Assembly (NCBI GenBank): GCA_029717555.1
Contig: JAMDHS010000008.1
Coordinates: forward strand, 124,001-188,000
DNA from: Peribolospora baueri
Taxonomy: Eukaryota
DNA length: 64,000 bases
Direction of reading: 5' to 3'
Both the position numbers and the translations under genes were made by a program. Below the pieces are notes generated by a model. That model had not been told where the DNA came from. It worked only from the letters and a program-made list of their open reading frames with translations, and searched no databases. Below are positions 12,222 to 29,022 of the stretch, in pieces. Each line of letters opens with the position of its first letter. Positions within the stretch are counted from its first letter, which is position 1.

Positions 12222-14102
12222 ATGGCGCTCATCGAGGTCATCGCCAACGACCGCCTCGGACGCAAGGGTGAGTAACGGGTTCCGAGTCCGCTCGAGTCTC
12301 TCCTCGCCTCTCCTCGGCACAGAGTGGCAGCGGGTAAGACGAGTAGAGTGAACAGATAGACAGCTGTCTCTCCTCCTCCACACCGACTACTCTCCCACCG
12401 TAGCGTCGGGTCAACATCATCGTCGTCGCCTCCATCCTCCATCCTCCTCCTCTTCCTCTCCTTTGCCCCCTCTTCTTTTTATCCCCCCTCTCCTTTTCCC
12501 GCATTCGGATTCTCCGCCGCCGTCTGCCGTCGCCCCTATCTCTCCGAGAGCACACCCGACGATCCCTCCGTCAGAGTTTGTACGCTAGCCAGCCGCCCGA
12601 ACCCTCGCCAGGCCGCTGACGAGCCCCCTCTCCTTTCCTCGTCGTCCTGCAGTTCGCGTCAAGTGCAGGTGAGTTGCAGACAGCGTGGGAAGCAAGCGGT
12701 GCCGTTCTCCGTCGCTGCCATCGTCCTCCGGCGGGCGAGCGAGCGAGCCCACCGGCCGGCCAGCCGGGGGTAACGGGCTGGGCTGGTCAGGCCTTTTCAT
12801 CTTCTTCGTCCTCATCTTCTTTCTCTTCCACTCCCGTCCATCCGCCTGCTCGCCGGGGAAGGAGCGGTCTGCTGACATACGTCTCCGCCTCTTCCTTCCT
12901 CGTCGCGACAACGACGACACGGCTGCGACGGCGACTAGCCCCAATGACACTGTGGGCGATCTCAAGAAGCTCATCGCCGCTCAGACCGGCACGACACCTG
13001 AGAAGGTGGGTTTTCGGCAGGCTGACGGTTTTGTCTATATCATGTCCGATCTCCGTCTCTGTTCCATTGACTCGTCGGTCGGCCCGGGGGGCTGTCGGCC
13101 TGGCCGGTTTGGTGGCCCATCGGGCGGTGTTGAGATATGGCCTATTGCTCATCTCAACCTCGCCTTTTTGCCGCCCCGTCCTTTCTTTCTCTCTCTCTCC
13201 CTTGCTCCCCCTGACCGACTATATCTATCGCCGCCTTTGTTCCACGCCTTTGTGTCTGCTCGCTGCTGTCTTGTCTTTTTTCGCTTTTCCTCTTGGCCGC
13301 TGGCCGACGGACGCGTCTACCCACTGACCAACACTGCCATCCGTCGGTCGTCCGGGTGCCCCACAAAACGACGTGACGCGACAACAACAACAACAACGAC
13401 GACGACGACGACGCCTCATCACGCTCATCACCCCTCTCCCGACGGCACCGCCTGCCCCTTGTCTATCACGCTGCTCCGTCTCGTCACCCACTCCGCCCTT
13501 GCCGCGCTTTTGCACGCCCCCCGGCGATCGGGACGGACGTCTCCGATCTTGCAATGCGCATCGATTCGAAACCTTGCTTCCAATTTTCCCATGCCCGCTG
13601 ACTTTGGATCACCTCGCCCGGTCACTCTTGGCCCCTAAACTCAAACTCACAATCAAACAACCGCGCGATGGACGACAAACTCTCTCCCCACGATATCACA
13701 CTCTTTCTCTCTTTTCACTTTCCTCCACCGTCCTATTTATCCGCCGCCCGCAGATCCAGCTGAAGAAGTGGTGAGTTTGCTGCCGTGCTCCTCGCACATC
13801 TTCGTCCTTCCCCCTTCCCCGCTCCACTTGTCCTTCCAATTTAAACGCGCCTCCATTCTATAGGTACACCATCTTCAAGGATCACATCACCCTGAGCGAC
13901 TACGAGGTGCGTCCGCCTCGACGAGGCGATCGACGTGTCCGTGCTGATGAGATGGGGTCCTCACTTTGTGACGTCCAACGAATATCTCCGATTGCCTCCC
14001 GCCCTCTTTTTTTCCTTCCCCTCCTTGTCCTCTACCCCGCCTCTCCGTCTCCCCGACATGGCCACACAGATCCACGATGGCGCCTCGCTCGAAATGTACT
14101 GA
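12222..14102 (+). CDS. HUB1: Ubiquitin-like splicing modifier Hub1/UBL5 (73 aa, 6 exons)
   Basis: Exons 12222-12267, 12653-12668, 12939-13005, 13754-13770, 13864-13906, 14070-14102 give [73 protein letters not shown]. Confidence 0.96.
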
Positions 14103-14527
14103 GCTCCGCCCTTCTCCGTCCGTCCGTCGTTTTGTTTGCCGCCTACTTTTTTTTCGCCGTCGAACGACGGAAAGCGCATATGTAGACGGGTCCGATCTGA
14201 GACCGTCGTCACATAAACACAAACACAAAGCCCACCTCTCCCCTCGGTCGTCCCGTCCCGTTCCCCCGACTTTGTTCAGGTTCCCCTTCCGTTCTTCCGT
14301 CACTGTCACTGTCACCGTCCACTCTGTTCTGTCCCCGTCATCTTCTCGTCTTCTTTGATTTCGCCTCGCCAAGCCCACTTCTCTTCCCCTCTCTCCCTTC
14401 CTTCGCCGCTCCGCCCGCCCAACACCATCGGAGCATCCTAACGAGCAAGAGCGGCGCCACCGTGTACGACTACATAACTAGCCCCCCGTCCGTCATTGCG
14501 AATGTGATTCCACCTTCGACCTCCCGT

Positions 14528-14575
14528 TCCTCCTCCTCCTCCTCCTCCTCCTCCTCCTCCTCCTCCTCCTCCTCC
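14528..14575. repeat. (CCT)n trinucleotide microsatellite
   Basis: Direct tandem cct run. Confidence 0.95.
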
Positions 14576-14809
14576 CTCTGTCCGTGGCCGTGAGCTCGTT
14601 TTCACCGATCGTCGCACGGACAGGATAGATGGACGAATGGTATCGGATCGGATCGGTACGCTCATCGAATCGAGCCTTTCCTCCTTTCCGTCCCGCCGTC
14701 GGGGTCGTGCCCAACCGTCTATCCTTCCATTCATTAACACACACGTACTTAACACACACAGATACAAAGTCCAACTCTTCCTTCCGCCCTTCAAGGCGAC
14801 CCAGCACTC

Positions 14810-17323
14810 ACCCTTGCACGAACTTGTTGTAGGCCGTCGGCACATCATCCAGAGAATGTATATGGCTGACGTACCAGCTTGGCTTCATCTTTCCCTCGAT
14901 GATCACTGCGTGTAGGTGATGGGTGGCAGAAGGCAAGTCCTGTCGTTGAGAAGGCTACCCATGGGGTGAGGGTCTCTCTGCTCGTCTACTCACGGTCGCG
15001 GATTTGTTTGTTGTAGCGCAGAACAATTTCCCGGCACGACAGAGAGAAGACGTCATCGAGGTGAGTCGGGTTCGCCAAACGTCGCTCCGTCCGTCCCGTC
15101 CCGTCCACCTCACTCACATTGACGTTACACTGGCCTTGCTCGAACGACAATCCCTTCTCCCACAGCTTTCCGAAATGAATCTTAAACGTGCCCTTGGCCG
15201 CGTCTGGGTCAGGAGTGCCGGGATCGAAGGGGAAGTACACGCCCACGTTGCCGATCCCTCCCGTGGCGCGGTGTGTAGATCAAGGCATTGATCACGGCCG
15301 CGGGGTCATTGCCTTTGCCGTCAAAGGATCTGGCCTCGTGTCCAACGCCTGGAGGGGGATAGATGATCCTAGGTGTGAGCAATCTCTCCTGGAGAACCCC
15401 ACTTCGGCCGCGTCAGTTAACGGGACAGAGAGACGGAACGCCGAAAGACTCACCGTCGACACCCCTATCCGTGCCGTCTCCACCCGTCTGCCGCACGATC
15501 TCCTTGACGGGATCGACCTTCGAGAAGTCGATAGGAATAGCTCCAATCTCCGCCAGCTTTTCGAGGCGGTAGTCGACGTTATCCACAACGAAAATCTTGG
15601 ATGCACCCATCACCTTGGCGGACAAGGCGGCCACTGTGGAGGCGCGAGAATCAATTGGACGGGGGAGAAAACCAGCGTTGGACATTTGAAGTGTTGTCGC
15701 ATGGAGGGACAAAGGAGCAAAGCCAGCTCACTGGCACCAACGGGCCCGGCTCCATAGATGGCGATCGTCCTTAATCCCTAAACCCCTGCAACGGAGCGGT
15801 CGGAAGGCAGAGATCAGGTTTGTCAGCTCGGTGCATACCGACAGCAATCCGAGTTCACAACTGTTAGGGGTCCTGACCGATTTCATCACTCCATCCCATC
15901 CCGTTGGTGCGATATCCGACAACAATACGAAGTCTTCTTCGTGTTCGGTCCCAGCTGGAAGCTTTAGCGCGGCGAAGTCGGCAAACGGGACGCGAAGGTA
16001 CTGCCCTTGGCCGCCCATGAAAGGGCCCTGTTGGAATCGTACAGCAAGGGGTAAGATACAGAGTTGAGCATATATTATGGAGCAGCAGTCAGGACGAGTG
16101 CCAAAGGCGAAGGTGTTCACCATCGCGACATACCCGTACGCGCTTTGCAAGAAGAAACGGTGGAGAACCATGAGGTGGTGTCAGCGCAAGACTTGGACTC
16201 GCGCGGAGAGCTGGCCTTCAAGTCAGTTCGGCGCAAGGCTCACCCGCCGGCGAAGCCAGTGTTTACGGCGAGACTGAAAGGCGGGAAGACGTGGGATGCG
16301 CGCAAGGCCGGCGTCAGTTTGCTTCAGTCACCCTCTGTGTTGCGTGGCAGAGGGAGGGAGGCAATGGAACAAGATAGAGTACCAGAACGCCGTCTTCTTT
16401 TCGCGGCCTGGAAAATTTTTGACGGAGCAAGTTCAGTGCCGGTAAAGGTATAGAAAGCACCTTGTCCGTGGGATGATGAGCTCAACGAGAGAGCGCTCAC
16501 AGTTCTCGCACCGGCCGCATGCGACGTTGAAAGGGACAATGACGCGGTCTCCTTTCTGTGAATTGGGATGGTTGACGTCGAACGTCGTTTTTTCCCCATG
16601 AGCATGGACTCCTGTCCTCCAGAAATCTGCACGAACTGACCTTGATCAGCGTGCATCCTGGGCCGATTTCTTCAACGATGCCCATCTGTGAGCGGACGGG
16701 CACACGAGGAAGTCATGAGGGAAGGGAGCGTACGGTAGATATCAAGATCAAGACAAAAAAAATAAGTCAATGAGGCGGGAAAGACGGCGAAGCTGTGGTT
16801 GAGCTCACGTTCTCATGCCTAATTGGCACATCCAGAACAGCCAAGTCGCAAAAGTGCAGTCAAACCAGGGAAAAGTTCAGGGCTCCTTACCCAAGGACCA
16901 GCCCCGGCTGAGCAGCCGTGCGACCGTTGTTGTACCTATGAAAGGGAATCAACACGTTGATCATTCGCCTTTTGGCTCCTGCACCTCCCTCTTCAAGCTC
17001 AACATGTGCAGATCGGAGCCACAGATACAGGTCCTTCGTTGATACCAAGACAGATACCACGGCCAGAAAAGACAAATGAAACAGGTCATGTCAGGATCGA
17101 CGTCTTCGTCCTTCCAAGCTGTCACCCCCACCCAGTCATAGGGTGTACGGAAGAAAAAAAACGATTCGCCAGAAGGATGGAGGGAAGAAAGAAAAGGTGC
17201 CGGGAATCACGAAGTGATTTTTAGAATCGCATCATCCACATGCTCCATCTTGGGCTTTGGCACCTCCCTGACCTCCGCCTTGCGGCGTCCCCCAAGGACG
17301 CAGGCTTTCATAGTCGAGGACAT
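14810..17323 (-). pseudogene. Zn-dependent MDR dehydrogenase (glutathione-independent formaldehyde dehydrogenase-like), probably disrupted
   Basis: Motifs ICGSDLHMY, GHENMG, PFNVACGRCENC, LLSDIAPTG, YGAGPVG, KLWEKGL; frameshift near 15271, stop/frameshift near 15772, no AG acceptor near 15026, last exon not found. Confidence 0.72.
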
Positions 17324-17703
17324 CGTCGTCGGCTTGCTTTTTTCACGTGTGGACAGAGACGCTTCGGGTAATCAGGATCAAGGTATAGGAAAAAGAGATG
17401 AGAAGTGAGGCGGCCTTCAAGGCTCTTATTAGGCGGTCTCATCTAGGCGGGATTTGGCGCCCTCTCTTGGTCAGAGGTGCTGAGAGAAGAGCGGGGAAAA
17501 GGAGACGCATGCGCAAGCTGGAGCGCGCGCGGGGGGTCAGGCATTCCGTCCTTGTCACCGTGCCGAAGAAGGAAAGGTAAGATGAGCCAATCCTCGTAGA
17601 GACCTTCAGTCTTCTGGGCCACAGAAAATAAGACTACAAGGCCAGAATGCTATTCATGTGTAGACGAATACCCTTTTCTGGTAGCGAGAGGCCACCGCCT
17701 CGC

Positions 17704-19492
17704 TCACTTGCCCCTCCCCGCGACCCTCTTGCTCTTGCCCGGCCTCGCTTTAGGCTTGGCTTTCCCTCCTCCGCCGAACTTTCCACCGCCGCCCTTGTTT
17801 CCCTTCCTCAAACCTTCGCCAAAACCTTCTGTACTCTCTCGGGTATTCTCCTTAGCCCGCTTTGCGCCCTTCCTTCCGCCGTACTTCTCATCTCGCTTCG
17901 CCCGGGACATCTTCGATCGGCCCCCAGAGCCCGCTCCAGCATCGCGTCCGCGCTTCTTAGGCCGGTCTGCAATGGCATTCTCGAGTTGGACGTCGAAGTC
18001 GTCGTCCCCGCCGTCGGCTTTGAGACCGCCTTCTCGCTCTGCACGATAGTGAGCGTATGACGACGATGGGAAGAAAAACGATGTTGAGCGACGGACGAAA
18101 AGATGGAAGTAAAAGGTAAGGCAGACCTCGAGAGCCTGAAAAGACTCGCAGAAGCGAACTCACTTCTCTTCAAAGCGTTTACCCTCTCCTTCATCTCCTT
18201 CTTACTTCTGTCCCTCTCCTTCAACTTCTCCGTCTGCACCTTCTTTCCAAACTTCTTAAGATCCCTCTGTCTCCTGGCTTCCTCGCTCGCCTTCATGCCC
18301 GCCCGCTCATCAAGCAGACGCTGTCGGACACGCTCCATATGCTCGTCGGATTTCACCATCTCGGCGAAGAAGTCTTCCGGGCGGCTGAAGGGGAGCGATG
18401 CGGCTGCGTAGCGTTTTCGGCCTTCTTCCGCAGCCCAAAGGCTTTGCTTGTAGCTATAGCGTCAAATATTAGAGGGGACACGAGAACAGATGTCGGAAAC
18501 TGGCGACGGCACAAGCAACGCAAATGTCATCGAACGACGGGGTTCACTCACAACGCTAATTCTCTCTCAAGGTCGTTCTCCGCATCCTTGATAGCTAGAT
18601 CTTCCGGATAGGAGAGGACATGGGTCTCGACGAATGGCACATCAAGCTTCATTTGCTCGTACAGTCTTTGGAGGACCACCTGTAATTGAGGGGTAGAAAA
18701 GGTCAAGGAGAGTTCATGAGCATCTCGGGGGCGACTCTCCAGCTTCGCGTGTGTGTGGCACACGGAATGAGAGCACGACTCACTTGGTTGTTGATTTTGA
18801 CCTTCTGTCGAAGGATTGCATCTTCGGGTACTTCTTCCATATCCTAAAAAAAGCGAGTCTCGAAGCGTGTAAGTTCAAGTCCGTTGGTACGAGAGCGATA
18901 CCGTGACTCGTATATGTGATTTCGCCGACCGTTAGCCGGGAAATATAGCTAAACGGCGCTCTGTGGCAGCAGTGGCACTCCTATGGGGCGCTGCAAGCGA
19001 CCCCCCGTCGAAAGCCGCATGCGTGCATCGTTATGAGCTCACCTCGATGTCAATGCCTTCTTCGCTGTCGCCCTCCTCTTCTTCCTCCTCCTCCTGCTCA
19101 TCCTCATCCTCGTTATCTTCTTCTCCTTTTTTGTCCTCCTCATCCTCGTCGTCTTCTTCTCCGTCGCCGTCCTCCTCATCCTCATCCTCGTCCTCCTCTT
19201 CGTCGTTGTCCGCCTCTTCATCGTCATCATCGTCCTCCGCTTCGTCAGCATCCCTCACGGCGGTGACCTCGCCATCGTCTCCGAACTCCATTATCTCGCC
19301 ATCATCCTCGTCCTCTTCATCCCCATCCTCCGACTCTTCGTCCTCCGACCCCTCGTCCTCCCCGCGCAGCGCCGCCAGGGCGGCGACATCGAAGTCGTTG
19401 AGACCGTCCTCGCCGAGCGCCGTCATGAGACGCTGCAATCCCTGCTCATCCACGTCCACGTCCGACCCCGAGTCCGAGTTATGATCCGACAT
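17704..19492 (-). CDS. EBP2: rRNA-processing protein Ebp2
   Basis: Acidic N-terminus; NDLERELA(F)Y, PFSRPEDFFAEMVKSDEHMERVRQRL, RDLKKFGKKVQ, SRAKRDEKYG...KARPGKSKR. Confidence 0.95.
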
Positions 19493-19839
19493 GGTGTTGA
19501 GAACAGTATCGTCGACGTCGAATGCTGGCTCGCTCTGTTGAACGCACCACCCAAGAATCTTGCCTTACAGAAGGGAACTTTTCCCACTTACTGCGGTAGG
19601 CACGTGACCAGACCCCTGCGGCAACGACGTCTTCCCTCCTCCGCCCCCAACTTCCGGACCTCGGTCCGGTGATGCGGAGGGCGAGGGAGATGCAATTCTT
19701 ATATCACCTGGCCATGCCTGTGTCTTGAGCTCTGAACAAAGATACATCTAGAAATCCTCGAGTACCCCCTTTGCTCCCTCGGCCCATTCAATCCTTTTTC
19801 CAGACATCTCCGTCCTCCAGACAGACTTGCTCCTCCGCC

Positions 19840-22332
19840 ATGTCTTCCACCTCCGCACGACTCCCCAACGCGCTCATGTGCGGTACGGGCGAATACACCA
19901 CTGGTTACACCTCGGGTGGGCAATCCAAGTCGGACAAGAAGATCGGCGTTGTAGCCCTCACCCTCTTCGATCTTCGCCGCCGTGGCCTCGTCGGAAAGGA
20001 GCTCAGCATGGTTGGTACGACAGGTTCCAAGTACCCCGCCATAAGAGAGCACTTTGCCCAAAACATCGCGCAGGTCTACAAGGACATGGATTGCTCCTTC
20101 AAAGGCTTCCCCGAGGGCGACAAGCGCGATACCGAGGCTTGTGAGTTTGATTTGCGTTGGTTGTCGAACAGATTTGTGAGTGTGGCGCCGATTCGCATCC
20201 TCCTTTGCTCCTATCTTTGTTCTTCTGCAGACAAAGCGGCAATCGACGCGCTGCAGCCGGGCGACGTCGTCTGCGTATTTGTGCCAGACTCTCAGCATGC
20301 TGTGATCTGCAAGTACGCAATCGAGAGGAAGATGCACGTCCTCGTCACCAAGCCGTGCGTGCTGCAGCTTTTCTCCTTCTCTATCACGCCTACGATCCTG
20401 ACCTCTCCCTCGTGTTTCGGTAACAGGGCCACAAAACTCCTTTCGGACCACCAAGAGCTCATTTCCTTGGCAGAGAAGCACGGCGTGTTGGTCATGGTAG
20501 AACACCACAAGCGCTTTGTAAGTATGTTTAAGTCTTTCTGTCCGCGGAAACTCGGCGAGTCTAGTTCATTCCCCTCCCCTCTGGTTGTCCTAGGACCCTG
20601 CCTACTCCGATGCAGCCAAGCGGAGCGCCCAGCTGGGCGATTTGTCCTATTTCTACGCCTACATGTCTCAGCCTAGTGAGGTCATCTTTTTACGAGGTGT
20701 CGAACAAACGAGCGCATCGGTGCTGACAGAATTGTCCATGTTTCCCATGGGTCTGCAGAAAATCAGCTGGACACATTCAAAGCGTGGGCTGGCAAAGAGT
20801 CCGATATTTCCTACTATGTGAGTTGGCATTCTTTCCACCCTCCTCTTGGCTCACATGAGCCTTTTTTGTGCTTTTGTATTTTCTCTGACTAATGGTTTTC
20901 CTTGGATTTACAGCTCAATAGCCACCATGTCGACATTCTCGACTGGTTCTGCCGTGGCAAGGCCATACCCACCAAGGTCACCGCCAGCGCCGCGCGGGGA
21001 ATTGCTACAGGAGAAGCGTACAATTGCGTTGAAGGGACCGAGGTGGGTAATCTTGTCTCTCGTACGCAACATCTTTAGCCCTGGTGATCTCCTTGGCACT
21101 CACATTAATCTTTCATCGCTCATTGTGCCGTGTTCGCTCTTGTCATTGCACTGCGGGTACCAGGACACGATAACCCTTCTCGTTACTTGGCGTTCTCTCT
21201 CCAACCCCTCAAACGAGGCTACAGCCGTTTTCACTGCTTCATGGGCAGCGCCTACCAATGCAGGTTGGCATAGTGATCAAGGATTCCATTACGTCGGACA
21301 AAAGGTGCGCCTTGAGACTGAGTGGAACATGGAGACGTTTCTGCCTTCCGCTCTCCGTCTCTACCCGACCAGTGGAGAGGAAAAGGTGTATGTCTGTTCA
21401 CGGGGTCAATCGCTAATGCTGCTCTGGGCTCATTTCTACTGTCCTGCTTGCTCATTGGCCGCGCGACTTCTAGGGCGAGATCAGGGTCGACCAGACTCGA
21501 CGAGGGTACAATGTCGTCGTCGACGATGTTGGAAACACGTGAGCGGTCCGCCTATCTCTCACGTTCGACGTTAGGCGCTTTCCGTTACTCGCTGATCCGA
21601 TGTGTGGTTATTCCATAACGCCTATGCGCTTCTCTCCTTGCTCTCTACCAGTTTCTACAATCCTTTCTACAGTGCGTCAGCTTCAAATCTTTTGGCATGC
21701 ATATAGGGACCACCCCAGGTAGGCGAGCTAACTAAATCTCTTTCACCTTATTCTGACAGTGAAGTACTCCCCGGACGAAAACGGCTACTTTGATGGCCAG
21801 AGTGGTTACGGATATGTGTCGATAGAGAAGGTGCGGTCCACTTCTTGCCCACGCTATTGGCTTCCTTTTGGCTGTACAGAGCTTGGACTACCAAGAGTGT
21901 TTGCAAATGCGGGCATACCTATTCAACTGAACGTACTTTTGTGCTCGACTGTGCTGGGGGCTACTACAGTTCATCCGAGCAGCAACAACCATCAACGAGG
22001 GCAAAGCGACGCCGGCGTCCTTCGATAGCAAGCTGCCAACCATCAAGGATACCGTCCTCACCACTGCCAGTGAGCTTCTTTGATCACCTTCTCTTCCACT
22101 TTGTCGTGGCCTATGGCAGTTCCCTTCTTGCCACCCGTGGAATTCTCTGAGTCTTCATTTGGCGGGAAAAGATGCTGAACCTTTATCATCTCCACCGATC
22201 TCATGCAAACCCCTTCTCTGCCCCACCCTCTGTGCCCTGTGGCAGTTCTGAATGCTGGACGCATCAGCTTGGACGAGAAGCGGAGCGTAGGAATCGAGAA
22301 GGACGGCAATGGGCAGTGGGTGCTCCTGTAAA
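19840..22332 (+). CDS. Gfo/Idh/MocA-type NAD(P)-dependent oxidoreductase, D-galacturonate reductase GaaA-like
   Basis: MCGTGEYTTGY...SDKKIGVVALTLFDLRRRG, HVLVTKPAT, VEHHKRFDPAY, AWAGKESDISYYLNSHHVD, GYFDGQSGYGYVSIEKF. Confidence 0.85.
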
Positions 22333-22682
22333 GTGAACGCGAGAAGAGAAGAATTTGGAAGTTTCGTCTACTCGGACGATTTTGATGCGCACAGGGTTCG
22401 GCTTCCTGCTCGTTCGTTCTCTAGGCGACTTGTTCGTTAGTGGTAGTTACGTTTGGATAGGAATCGTGGAATTGGCTGTATGCAATGGTGAGATCGGTCT
22501 TTTGGAGTTTGAGACGAAGTGTAGCAGACCTTTGCAATAAGGACGACGTATACTTCGTACTGAAGGTCGAGAACAGCTGTGTACAAAAGACGGCGTGCGA
22601 GCGAACCCTCCATCGGAAGCATGTGCCACTCATCTTCTTATAATCTGGTCAAACGTATCCCTCTGCCGTTTAGCACCGCCGC

Positions 22683-24849
<2,167 letters not shown>

Positions 24850-25117
24850 GGTTGCTCCTTCGTTCCCTAATATCTGAGTTGGTCGTCGTCGTCTGGTGAG
24901 AAGAGGACTCCCACCAAACGCTGCGGCTTGATCACGTGTGCGACCTCGCGCTTCCTTCGTTCACGTCTTCTCCCTTGCCGCTTCTTGCTTCAACTCGCAA
25001 CCTACTTGGGCACTCCCATCCTTCGCGTACTTCATTTCAAGCAATTGCGTGCGTGTGGTTGTGGCTGTGCTGGTCCGACCGGGAACGTTACCTACGAGTA
25101 GGGACTGTGCGCTAGAA

Positions 25118-27319
<2,202 letters not shown>

Positions 27320-28112
27320 CGCTGCGTCGCCTTTCCATGCAACACCACCCCTGACCTGAGCGGAGCGGGACTGAAGTCGGAGGGGCGGCCACGTCGACAG
27401 AACGAAGACGAAGCGATGATCATGCGCTCAGAATCCCTTCCCCGAGTCATCTTGAAACCCAATCCCGACGTGTGAAAAGCGGGGGGACGAGCTCAGCAAA
27501 ACCATTCCGCAGGTTCTTGCCTGCATACATTATCTTGCATCAAAGAAACGAGAAGAGAGGTATTTTCAACGCGACTGTGCGGAGCACGAAGTTCCTGGAA
27601 ATGTGTCCATGTCATCCATCGCAACCGACTGCGTCCTTCCGCGTTTTGTTCTGCCCTTCCGACACAATTCCAATTTGTCAGCTCATCTCAGAACTGAAAA
27701 ATGGACATGAGTTATATATCGGACACGGAGGAACAGCGAATGGAGAAAGGAGGGAAGAGAGCGCGTCCTGACGGAGGAGCTGGAGCTGAGAGGTAGACTT
27801 GAGATCGATGAGGGCTTTGGCGGTGCAGAGGGCACAGGAAGTGCTTTTTCGGTGGAGGATCCATGTCATATATGAGACACCCTTGGGTTGCTGTTAGCAT
27901 ATGACAAGCCAATATCAACCATGTGTAAGAAAGTGGCTGTCAGGTGAGTCAGAGCTGAATGAGCTTGCTGTGCCGTAAGGTATATGTCGAACATTGCCAG
28001 CCTGCATTCATGATGCGAGGGAACTGGTGATATGTGTGTCACACGTACAGAGAAGACCATGACCTTGGGCGGAGTACTCGAGTAGAGTAGACCGCACTTC
28101 GACCTCGACCCA

Positions 28113-28632
28113 TCACTTCTCCTTCTTCCCCTCGGCCGGCGCCTGCGCCTGCCCCTTCGAGTCCCCGAGCTGGGCGGCGTCAGCAAAGGAGTCGGACGGC
28201 ATTTGCTGTACCTGAGATGAAGAGGGCGGGAGTTTTCGAATTTCGAAGAGGAACCTGAGATGATGGGAGAGGTCAAAAATACGGTTGGCGTAAGCATAGG
28301 AAGGATGGGTTGGAACGAGCAGCGGTCTCAGAAAGAAACACGGCAGCTCTGTCCTGCTCTGCCTAGCACATCCCGCCTTACATCGCCTTTCGCCATATAC
28401 ATTCATCTCATCCGTCTCAGCCCTTCCAGGGTAATACTCACCAATTGACGCTCGCCCAGAGCGCCACGGAGACGGCCAAGAGCGCTAGGACATGCAGATT
28501 GCCCCCGGTGAGGATGACGAGGGCGAAGAGGGTAACAAAGAGGGCATAGAAGGAAAAGTTCATCAGGCGCTGCGTCGATGAGGGCAGGCCGGGTTGAAAT
28601 AGCGAATCCCAGAGGTCTGTAAGGATGGACAT
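28113..28632 (-). CDS. PKR1: V-ATPase assembly factor Pkr1 (small ER membrane protein)
   Basis: LWDSLFQPG...LMNFSFYALFVTLFALVILTGGNLHVLALL..LWASVNWFLFEI; C-terminal KKEK ER-retrieval signal; one intron. Confidence 0.85.
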
Positions 28633-29022
28633 GGCTGGTCGACGGGTCGGGTTAGTCGAGGAGAGGATGGACTTCTATCAGGTGTCGGTCGGTGCGACTG
28701 CGAGCGTTGGTGGTCAGCGATCGAAGATGCTGCGGCAGTGATCGAAGCCGGGTTCCTACTTGGTCGTCCTGATATAGTCAGTTCCCCCGATCGTGCCTAC
28801 CCAGCAGCCTTCACGGCAGGGCAGAGGCAAGCCACGGAAGTGACAGCTTGCTTGGAGACTTTCTGCAAGAGACTTGTGTAGGACTCCTCTCGCCATCCGT
28901 AAAACGAGGGGCATAATAGTACTTGTACAAGGCTATGTGAGCGATATTCACATCTGATATCATTGGAGGTCGAAGGCGAGAAAGCGAGGACGGGGGCCGA
29001 GCACCAAAACGCCCTTAGGGAA

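Noticed and set aside
13940..14000. TGATGA (C-box-like) in HUB1 intron 5
   Set aside because: No matching CTGA D box or terminal stem found within the intron
27470..28100. Short ORFs between SWD3 and PKR1
   Set aside because: No motifs or coherent exon chain; likely convergent 3' UTRs
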